From assembly GCA_963807635.1 (NCBI GenBank), contig CAWEDJ010000037.1:1-10556 (forward strand): 10,556 nt of DNA, given 5' to 3'. The stretch comes from an uncultured cyanobacterium. GTDB lineage: Bacteria; Cyanobacteriota; Cyanobacteriia; Cyanobacteriales; Microcystaceae. Below are positions 1-7,215 of the stretch, one piece after another (position 1 is the first letter of the stretch; each line of letters starts with the position of its first letter). The position numbers were made by a program, and so were the translations under genes. Under the pieces are notes generated by a model, which saw only the letters and a program-made list of their open reading frames with translations, did no database searches and was not told the origin of the DNA.

Positions 1-121
1 CTGAGACATCAACATTTTCTTCCTGGGCTAACTCTCGAATCTGGTTAATTTTTTCTTCTAATTCGTAAAGGGGCTTTTCAAAATCGAGTAAAAAAACTCG
101 GCGATCGCTAGTTTTGGTCAT
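1..121 (-). CDS. accA: Acetyl-CoA carboxylase carboxyltransferase subunit alpha, 5' part (runs off the window edge)
   Basis: Not in the ORF track. Manual translation from ATG at 121 gives MTKTSDRRVFLLDFEKPLYELEEKINQIRELAQEENVDVS, with the characteristic cyanobacterial AccA N-terminal LLDFEKPL motif. Confidence 0.93.
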   Translation of the reverse strand, partial: MTKTSDRRVFLLDFEKPLYELEEKINQIRELAQEENVDVS

Positions 122-251
122 TTTGGCTGGACAAGGCGGGAATCACTTGAGCAATACACCCAAGGTTAGTCCCCCATTTTACCGTAAACTTGACCCAACT
201 TCGATTTTGAAACTGATCCCCAAAACCCTACAAGCCCCAAAATCAAGCTAA

Positions 252-1412
252 TTAAAGGGGCCCACTGAAAATGATTTTCGCGATCGCGTTGGTCACATCC
301 TCTTCTTCCTCTTCTTTTAAAGACTCATACCACTGTTGGGTTAATTCCATTTCTTTCCCGTAAATAGTATCTGCCCGTTGGCGAGCTTTCAGAACTAAAC
401 GGGCGGTGCGTTCTTTTCGAGCTGATTCGTAGCGTTGGAGCGCGTCTTCCACACTGATATTCGTAGTGACTAAATAACGACAGAGAATTTCCGCATCTTC
501 CATTGCCTGACAACCACCTTGCCCCAACGTTGGAGTGGTGGCATGACCCGCATCTCCCACCAAGACGACCCGACCCCGTGCCAACTTTTCGAGGGGATCA
601 AGGTCATGAATTTCTAGGCGATTGGTTTCTAGGGGATTAAGTTGTTGAATCGAGATTTTGAACAGGTTCGGGCCAACCCTGAAAGAGTTTTGCTAGTTCA
701 TCTCGGCGATCCTGGGGTTCTACCACTGTTCCTTTTGACATTGGCACACCGAAGAAATAATAAAAGCGATCGCCCCCCACTGGCATCATCGAAGCGCGTT
801 TCCCATCGCCCACATAAATCACCCAGCTATGCTTATCCGCCAACTCAGGACTGGCATCCACTAACCCATTCCAGTTAACATAATCGGCATAGCGGGGTTC
901 GGGTTTTTGTTGGGTAACGTAATTTCGTAGGACAGAACGCACACCATCCGCCGAATCAACACATCCCCCGTCGCCGTGCTTCCATCCTCAAAAATCGCCG
1001 TAACCTGATTATTCTCTTCTTTGGCCCCGATACATTTGGTTTCTAGAGTTACGTGTTCCTTTCCCAATTGTTCCAACAACATTGACTGCAATTCGGTACG
1101 GGAGACGGGATAGGGTCTTTGTCCGACTTGATCAATCAAAGGCAGCAGATCAATATCATTCAATAACTCATTTTCCTTGCTCAGATAGGTCATGCGGTTC
1201 ATTTCACCGCCAATTTTGTGAATTTCATCCCCTAAACCCAGCCAATTCATGACCTTTACGCCATTCGACCAGAGAGAAATTCCTGCACCGACGGGACGTA
1301 ATTCTTTCACGCGATCATAGACTTCAATCTGATAACCCGCCCGTTTTAAGGCGATCGCTGTTGTTAAACCGCCAATTCCCGCACCAATGATAATCGCTTT
1401 TAAGTTATACAT
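252..1412 (-). pseudogene. hpxO: FAD-dependent urate hydroxylase HpxO-like monooxygenase, split by two frameshifts (real or sequencing error)
   Basis: Three ORF pieces join into one ~386-aa flavin monooxygenase with GAGIGG Rossmann motif, RPYPVSR, ADG, YVNWNGLV, GEG/GDGKRASMMP, NRLEIHD, GDAGHATTPTLGQGGCQAMEDA and C-terminal SGPL. A -1 nt near 953/954 and a +1 nt near 651/652 break the frame. Confidence 0.85.
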
Positions 1413-1634
1413 TTTGTAGAATAATTAATTGAATACTTGTAAATTTTTCTGCTACTTTAGATACATTTTGTTAGATAAAACTAAAAATCTTAGGGAATTT
1501 GTAACATAATATAGGTAAGTTAATCCCCCTTATCGCAACTTCCGACTTTGCGGATTGTTTAATGGATTGAGTTTTTTAGAGACAACTTCAAAGAAGTATA
1601 CGGTATACAACTAAATACAGCAAGGAGAAATCTC

Positions 1635-2222
1635 ATGTCTAACTTTTCAAAATCTGCTTTTAAATCTCCTAAATTAGCCTTAATTCGTCTATCTTCTCTA
1701 GCCTATGGATGTTTGCTGACTGCTTTAATGTTGAGTCCTTCTGTTCAAGCTGAGACATTAAAAGAGCAACAATCCTTTTTTCAACATACTCCCTACTTAA
1801 TTCAAAGCTCAGGAGTTAATATTGCTCCTGCGGCGATCGCATCAGTGACATTTTCGATTCAAGTTCCCGCCAATGCAGGACAATCCCTTAAGGCAATTAC
1901 GATCAACCCGATCACCAATGTTGAACCCATAGCCTTTAAGGAGGCGGATACTCGCGCTGTGATGGGAGAAGATTATGCAAGCGGAACGCCCCTAGCTCTC
2001 TCTTCTATTGGAGGAGAACAAGATCCCAACGACAAATCTACTACCCTCGTGTTTGATCAGCCCATCGAACCAGGAAATACGGTGACGGTACGCTTAAAAG
2101 TCGAAAAAAATCCTCTTTACGGTGGGATTTATTTGTTGAAAGTAACAGCCTTTCCTGATAACCAACATAGTCAGGGTTTACCGCTCGGTAATGTCCGTCT
2201 CCATTTTCTAGCATCGGATTAA
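1635..2222 (+). CDS. DUF2808-family exported cyanobacterial protein
   Basis: 195-aa ORF with AAGGAG RBS and a signal peptide (VQA|E). Motifs VPANAGQSL, FDQPIEPGNTVTV, NPLYGGIY, AFP and LGNVRL are typical of DUF2808. Confidence 0.8.
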   Translation: MSNFSKSAFKSPKLALIRLSSLAYGCLLTALMLSPSVQAETLKEQQSFFQHTPYLIQSSGVNIAPAAIASVTFSIQVPANAGQSLKAITINPITNVEPIAFKEADTRAVMGEDYASGTPLALSSIGGEQDPNDKSTTLVFDQPIEPGNTVTVRLKVEKNPLYGGIYLLKVTAFPDNQHSQGLPLGNVRLHFLASD

Positions 2223-2248
2223 ACCCAAAATAGCGATCGCCAACCCAA

Positions 2249-2416
2249 CTAACCAAACTGTTTTTTAGCCCGTTCATAAACTTCAACGGTTATTTCCCGA
2301 ATATCGGCATCCTGAGCAAATTTTTCGATTTTCTTACGGGCGGCAGGACGAACAAAGAAGGGGATTTCCTTTAATTTTGCCTCGGCTTCCGATGTCCAAC
2401 TAACAGACTCACTCAT
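2249..2416 (-). CDS. Small PCP_red (protochlorophyllide reductase ChlB C-terminal-like) domain protein, 55 aa
   Basis: Not in the ORF track. Manual translation MSESVSWTSEAEAKLKEIPFFVRPAARKKIEKFAQDADIREITVEVYERAKKQFG* carries the WxxEAEAxLxxIPFFVR signature. Confidence 0.88.
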   Translation of the reverse strand: MSESVSWTSEAEAKLKEIPFFVRPAARKKIEKFAQDADIREITVEVYERAKKQFG

Positions 2417-2446
2417 GGGTTCTACTCACAAAAATTATTTTCAAAA

Positions 2447-3357
2447 TTAAGGATGTTGGGATAATAGTTGCACCAACTGGCGACTGCTGTTGACTAAAGA
2501 CTTGTAATAAAATATTAGCCATTGCCCCTGGTTCTGCGGGAATCAGGAGTTGGGGTATTTGGGCATTTGCTAATTGTTGTAATGCTTCTGCCCGTCGTAA
2601 TTTTATGACCCTGTTCCAATTCCAGATAATCACTACCCTGTTTTAATTCTTTGATAATCACGGGGGCCAAAGTATGAAAAGAATGGCGGGGATTGGCGAT
2701 CGCCGACTGGACTGTTTTTAGAAGTTCTTGCCAAACATCTAATTGAGGAGCAAAACTGACCAATTCAGTACAAATATCCTGTAATTTTCGCCGATTTTCG
2801 CCTGTCGCTTCCTGATTAAAGATCTTCAACATATTTCTGAGTAACGTCTTGATTTGGGCAGAGATATCAATTTCATCGTCAACAGAATCGGTAGAGGGAA
2901 TACAATGCGCCGTTTGAGTAGATTTAGCATCACCAGAAGACTCATGATGCAGTAAATATCCCAAATAATTCTGTAACTCAACAAAATTTTGATCCGCACC
3001 TTCTACAATCGATTCGGCTTCTTCCTGTTGCAGTCCAAAGGGGCCTTGGAGCTTTTCGACTAAATCCTGAAGTACATCATAGCCCCGCAAAAAAAAGGAC
3101 TCTAATTTTTGGTCAATTGTGACCCGATTTTCTTTCAGAACTTTAAACGCATCTTCCAAACGGTGAGCAACTTTTTGGATACTGGAATATCCCAACATCG
3201 CCGCGCCACCCTTAACCGAGTGAGCCGCCCGAAACATTTCATTCACCCGTTCTTGATCGTCAATCACAGCAGACAGATCTAAAATGCCGCGCTCTAGGGT
3301 TTCGAGGTGTTCTTTCGCCTCTTCGATGAAATAGCCAAGAATTTTTTGCTGATCCAA
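2447..3357 (-). CDS. Hpt (CheA P1-like) domain protein. As sequenced the ORF stops at 2515, but the true C-terminus appears frameshifted and to end at 2447
   Basis: YFIEEAKEHL...FRAAHSVKGGAAMLG...AHRLED Hpt motif. Likely TTG start at 3357 behind GGAGA. A protein-like tail continues in other frames: AEALQQLANAQIPQLLIPAEPGAMANILLQVFSQQQ, then QLVQLLSQHP*. Confidence 0.8.
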
Positions 3358-3492
3358 GGTCTTTTCTCCCAAATGGAACCCAAGTGTTCACTAAAATTTT
3401 CTAAATATCCAGAGATTATAGCTTTAGGATGCCCTGTTTTTTCTGAAAAAACATCACTATGTGATTAAATTTTTCAAAATGATTGGGATTAT

Positions 3493-3647
3493 TCAATCCG
3501 ATTCCCGACGAAATAACCCAATCATCAGGGAAACGACACCGACCTGGAGCGCAAAATTCGCCAGCCCAGTCATTGATCCCCTTCCTGCTAGAAGTTGGGT
3601 AAAGAAAAATATCGCACCAATAAATCCCGATGCTCCTAATCCCAGAT
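3493..3647 (-). pseudogene. DUF3493-family membrane protein, 3' fragment (IS-interrupted)
   Basis: Reads LGLGASGFIGAIFFFTQLLAGRGSMTGLANFALQVGVVSLMIGLFRRESD*. Joins in frame to 5174-5279 once the IS and one TSD copy are removed. Confidence 0.85.
3639..3647. repeat. Target-site duplication, left copy (ATCCCAGAT)
   Basis: Identical 9-mer at 5174-5182, directly outside the other IR. Confidence 0.9.
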
Positions 3648-3664
3648 CAGCAATTCCAAATTCA
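3648..3664. repeat. IS terminal inverted repeat (downstream of transposase)
   Basis: CAGCAATTCCAAATTCA is the exact reverse complement of 5157-5173. Confidence 0.95.
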
Positions 3665-3740
3665 GAATGTAGCTAAAGACAAAAAAAACTCAAGCTTTTT
3701 ACTGGCAAGGGTTTTACCTTGAAGATTTCCAAGTAAGAAA

Positions 3741-5069
3741 TTAAGAAGAATTGGAAGCAGCAGGAGAAAGGGGGTCATCAAGCATAAAATCTAAAAGATG
3801 ATGCCAGCTTTCAAAGAGTAGATATTTGGTTAAAGAAAGAAAGTCTTGGAAGAATCCCTTACGAGTACAGCGTTGGACGCGAATCCTCTGGTAACGTTCA
3901 TCAACCAAACCCAAAACCGTGTGGAAGAGAAAAGCCAGTAGATTGAGAGTGAGCAAAACGGAGGCAAGGTGTTGTTTTCCATGCCCAAAATTATGTTCTA
4001 AATGATAGCCCCGATTTTTGAGAATATTGTGATTCTCATTCTCCGTGCGCCAACGAGTCCGTCCAGCACGACAGACATCAAGAACGACTTGAGGGGTGAG
4101 AAAATGGTTGGTAATCCAACTATTGTGATGGAGGAGTTGAGCATCGGATTCGCGGTAGACTTTTAGTTCACACCAGTTAACCAACAAAGCAGGCTGTTGC
4201 TCTCGCAGGGGGATTTGATTGAGATAACGACATTGCCAAATCTCAAAATACTTCCCATTCCAGCGTCGGTGTTGAGTAGTTTTGAGTTCCCCGTTGGCTT
4301 CTAAATAGGCTAACCACTCATAAAGTGTGGGATGAGAAGTCGGCAAACAGACGAAGATAAAGTTGAAGTCGTGGTCTAGACTATGCTGACAAGTCGGCTG
4401 ACGACTGAACAAGTCATCCCCTAGTAGCGTTATCTTCTGCCATGCAAACAAACTGGCATGATTACTTATCCAGCGTTTTGCCGCATTTTGCTCGCAATCC
4501 TGTTTTTCCGACCCGTCTTGAGGAGTGATAAATTCAGGAGCTAAGGAGAAAACTGATTCATGGTCTGGGGAAACAATCACTGGTAATAATGCTTGATGAA
4601 AGTAGGTGACTTTTCCCTGTTTTGACGTTTTGGTTGAACAGCATGGACAATTGACTTTCCCTGAACTGTGATAATTTGTTCCATCCATCGCCACTAATAG
4701 ATTTCCCCCCAATATCTCATAAGATTTTAGGAATCCCATGTTTCTCAATGCTTGGTAAATCAACCCAAACAATGGGAATAGACTGCTCGCTGTTATCCCA
4801 TCCACAATATTACGAATCTGCTCTACTGTCGGTATTTTGTTTAGTCCAAACAAACTTTGAGCATTATCTCGCCCACAACGACTGTTGAGTTGACGTTGGT
4901 ACTCTAAAAATGACTCATTTTGCGTAAAAAAGGCGGCAAATGCACCCAATATCGCCTCTCTTAGACTATATTTCGTTGCGTTACTCGCTGAGCGCGGGTC
5001 ATCTATTTTTGCGATAACCTCGTTTAAACACTCCATGATTCCATCAAAACTTAGGTCGGTTACTTTCAT
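3741..5069 (-). CDS. DDE transposase, 442 aa
   Basis: N-terminal DPR...KYSL, candidate catalytic residues in AMDGT, LGDDLFS and RWRTENENHNILK, plus LEHNFGHG. Lies between the IRs. Confidence 0.93.
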   Translation of the reverse strand: MKVTDLSFDGIMECLNEVIAKIDDPRSASNATKYSLREAILGAFAAFFTQNESFLEYQRQLNSRCGRDNAQSLFGLNKIPTVEQIRNIVDGITASSLFPLFGLIYQALRNMGFLKSYEILGGNLLVAMDGTNYHSSGKVNCPCCSTKTSKQGKVTYFHQALLPVIVSPDHESVFSLAPEFITPQDGSEKQDCEQNAAKRWISNHASLFAWQKITLLGDDLFSRQPTCQHSLDHDFNFIFVCLPTSHPTLYEWLAYLEANGELKTTQHRRWNGKYFEIWQCRYLNQIPLREQQPALLVNWCELKVYRESDAQLLHHNSWITNHFLTPQVVLDVCRAGRTRWRTENENHNILKNRGYHLEHNFGHGKQHLASVLLTLNLLAFLFHTVLGLVDERYQRIRVQRCTRKGFFQDFLSLTKYLLFESWHHLLDFMLDDPLSPAASNSS

Positions 5070-5156
5070 TTCACACTCTACAAAACCAGCAAAAGTTTCT
5101 CTTCTTGTTCATAGACCCCTAAATGCGAATACCATTCTGTTTTTGTTTATACCATT

Positions 5157-5173
5157 TGAATTTGGAATTGCTG
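5157..5173. repeat. IS terminal inverted repeat (upstream of transposase)
   Basis: TGAATTTGGAATTGCTG is the reverse complement of 3648-3664. Confidence 0.95.
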
Positions 5174-5279
5174 ATCCCAGATAGATAAATTTGCGTAATC
5201 CTTTATAGGGGGCTTGGGCTTCTGCTTTGAGTCGGGCATATTTTTCGGGGGAAAGTTTCGGATTGGGAGAATTGGTCAT
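5174..5279 (-). pseudogene. DUF3493-family protein, 5' fragment (IS-interrupted; includes right TSD 5174-5182)
   Basis: ATG at 5279 gives MTNSPNPKLSPEKYARLKAEAQAPYKGLRKFIYLG, with the RLKAEAxAPYxGLRxFIY motif of cyanobacterial DUF3493. The reconstructed gene is 252 nt / 83 aa. Confidence 0.87.
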
Positions 5280-5489
5280 AAAAAAAGGATATTCGCAAAA
5301 TTAATGATTATGGTGAAATTTTAACAAATCAAGATGATCGTTCTTAGTTGATCTTACCTGGAGTCGCAAATAAACAGAATACCTGAGTGACTACGGGCGA
5401 TCGCGTTGAGTGGTAAAAGTTGCAAAAAAAAGGAATCAGCGAATCAAGGGATTCAGACCAATTCCTGGGAGTTGTTGATTTTTTCAGTC

Positions 5490-5633
5490 TTAAGCCAATT
5501 GGGGCATTGCAAAAACTAAAATACGGTTCAATAACCAAGGGGCAAAGCGTTGACACCAAACAGCGACATGACTCTGCCATCCGACTAAGATCTCGTTGCG
5601 ATCGCGTTGGAGACCGTGAATAAAGGTTTTCGC
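5490..5633 (-). repeat. Orphan duplicate of the last 47 codons plus stop of the SDR gene (direct repeat of 7216-7359)
   Basis: Manual ungapped alignment gives 130/144 identical nt. It translates AKTFIHGLQRDRNEILVGWQSHVAVWCQRFAPWLLNRILVFAMPQLA*, with only 2 amino-acid differences from the SDR tail. Confidence 0.95.
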
Positions 5634-5634
5634 A

Positions 5635-5706
5635 AAAAATACTTTTCCCTCGGATTGTCCTTTTAGCCCTGAACAAGTTTTAGATGCTGACTATTTTCCT
5701 GAATAA
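5635..5706 (+). pseudogene. 3' remnant of a DUF29-family gene
   Basis: Reads KNTFPSDCPFSPEQVLDADYFPE*, matching the TFPxxCPFxxEQxLDxDYxP C-terminus typical of DUF29. Truncated right at the SDR-duplicate junction. Confidence 0.75.
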
Positions 5707-5733
5707 AATGGACATTATTCAAATTAATTAAGC

Positions 5734-5768
5734 AAAAAAATCTCCTAAATCTTGAATCATTTAGGAGA
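5734..5768 (-). terminator. Intrinsic terminator of the PEP-CTERM gene (possibly bidirectional)
   Basis: Perfect 10-bp stem TCTCCTAAAT/ATTTAGGAGA (5741-5750 / 5759-5768) with an 8-nt loop and a U7 tail on the minus strand (A-run 5734-5740). It lies 23 nt after the stop codon. Confidence 0.8.
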
Positions 5769-5791
5769 ACGTTTTACCTTAAAAAAAGCAA

Positions 5792-6514
5792 TTAAGCGTC
5801 TTTTTTGTCTTTTTGCCCTTGAGATAATTTGCGTTTTAAAGTTGAGCCGAATCCAAGAGCTATTACTGAGCCAAGAATAGTTAAAGGTTCAGGAACAGGA
5901 ACAGAGGTAGTATCATAGGTTCCTTGAATTCCCTCAACTCGTAGACCCGTTGGGTTCGCGACAGTCGCGCCATTATTAACAACAAAGCTTAAAGTATTTG
6001 AACCAATTTGAAATCCAGATCCGATTGTGAAATTGGATAAAGAAGAAAAGCTGGCAAACGTGGTAGTCTGTCCCGTAGAAATCCCGTTAATCAGAATGTC
6101 CAATCCATTATTGTCAGTTGACCACAGTCCATTAATAGAGACGGTTGCTAGATTAGCGAGATTGGGTAGAGTAAAAGTTGTTTCATACGTGTAACTACCT
6201 ACTGGGCCAATCGCACTAGTGGTATTCAATCCAATCCACCGAGAAGTTGTGCTATTTGCTACCCAAGGTGGAATGGGGTAACCTGGAGGTGTTGTAACAG
6301 CTTGGAGTCCGCCAGGTGCAGGTTGGCTTGTTAATGCGTAGTGGGGGTCTATAACGCTATTACCTAGAACAGCCCCAGAATCGTTAACACCCGTATTATA
6401 AAGATTGCTAATACTAAACGCTTGAGTAGGAGCAACGTTGAGCAACGACAACGCTGAAAAAATGCTCATAACAAGAGTTTTAGAAGCTACAGATGGAGAG
6501 TTTTTAATTTTCAT
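5792..6514 (-). CDS. PEP-CTERM sorting-domain surface protein (cyanoexosortase-type substrate)
   Basis: Signal peptide (TQA|F), an S/T/N/G-rich beta-type body (DPHY, WI, TDN, NPTGLRV) and a C-terminal VPEPLTILGSVIALGFG + LKRK tail. AGGA RBS. Confidence 0.92.
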   Translation of the reverse strand: MKIKNSPSVASKTLVMSIFSALSLLNVAPTQAFSISNLYNTGVNDSGAVLGNSVIDPHYALTSQPAPGGLQAVTTPPGYPIPPWVANSTTSRWIGLNTTSAIGPVGSYTYETTFTLPNLANLATVSINGLWSTDNNGLDILINGISTGQTTTFASFSSLSNFTIGSGFQIGSNTLSFVVNNGATVANPTGLRVEGIQGTYDTTSVPVPEPLTILGSVIALGFGSTLKRKLSQGQKDKKDA

Positions 6515-6816
6515 TTTAAAATTCCTAATTAAGGTGGGCTTGTTAAAGATATAAAAGAGATTGAAACGCTTATTTCGCCGTTGTTTTCAAACTTAATGGG
6601 AAAAGTGAAAACACAAACAACCGCAACAAACTATGTAAATGTTTATACTTAAGTAGGTGGCGATGCCATTCAATATAGCAGTGTTTTTGGAGTCAATCGT
6701 ATTGAAAACACTGAACTTTATTTTTCTTTATAATCTAGAAAAATAGACCCCTAGAGATCTCATTTTCATGTGAATACTGCAATTTCCTTTTTTCTGAAAA
6801 TATCAGGTTATTTGAT

Positions 6817-7044
6817 CTATTTTTGCGCTCGCCCCCCCCCCTGTCCGAAAAGTGGCATTGCTGATTTCAGATATGAATCTTCTTTTATGGAATTTTTAAA
6901 ATCTAGACTCAAACTAACTTTTGGATATGTGTAAAGTTGGCATTCATAGCTTGATTCAGCAACGCCCGAAAAGTTATTGATCTCCTGAATTTCGTTGTGC
7001 TGGAGGACTTTGAGTTTAGGAATCTTCAAATTTAGTACCGACAT
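6817..7044 (-). CDS. Hypothetical 75-aa protein
   Basis: ORF only, with AGGGGA directly abutting the ATG. No recognisable motif. Its 3' end runs through a G10 tract. Confidence 0.3.
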   Translation of the reverse strand: MSVLNLKIPKLKVLQHNEIQEINNFSGVAESSYECQLYTYPKVSLSLDFKNSIKEDSYLKSAMPLFGQGGGRAQK

Positions 7045-7215
7045 TCCCCTGATTGACTCTACAGATAGAGTAATTCATTTGTACTATACCGTTGCAAGTA
7101 TTCGGAACCAATGCCTTACACTACTTATAGGGTGTACAAAGATTCTATAAAACTACGAGTAGTACCCGCGGCAGGGGAGTTAGTCGGCAGAGGGTGAGTT
7201 TTGGAAAGAAATAAC

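Larger units (their letters stand above)
3648..5173 (-). mobile_element. Complete 1526-bp insertion sequence (DDE, IS4-superfamily-like; resembles cyanobacterial ISNCY-annotated elements)
   Basis: Perfect 17-bp terminal IRs CAGCAATTCCAAATTCA (3648-3664 and 5157-5173), a 9-bp TSD, one intact transposase ORF and no HIP1 sites. Confidence 0.95.

Noticed and set aside
325..878. ORFs 325-513 (-) and 642-878 (+)
   Set aside because: Alternative-frame or antisense shadows of hpxO.
640..960. Programmed frameshifting in hpxO
   Set aside because: No slippery heptamer or homopolymer at either site, and two opposite shifts would be needed.
1451..1514. NtcA-like half-matches in the hpxO/DUF2808 divergent promoter
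   Set aside because: Only imperfect GTA-N8-TAC matches (1451-1464, 1501-1514) in AT-rich DNA. The hpxO-proximal one lacks a properly spaced -10.
2041..2286. 81-aa minus ORF; likewise 4676-4888 (+) and 7823-8023 (-)
   Set aside because: They overlap well-supported genes (DUF2808, transposase, SDR) and have no recognisable motifs.
2409..2633. 74-aa minus ORF as an independent gene
   Set aside because: Its middle is the frameshifted tail of the Hpt gene.
3461..3676. 71-aa plus-strand ORF
   Set aside because: Antisense shadow of the DUF3493 3' fragment running into the IS end.
5344..5676. 110-aa minus ORF and 67-aa plus ORF (5420-5623)
   Set aside because: Off-frame or antisense readings across the SDR duplicate and DUF29 remnant, with no protein-like motifs.
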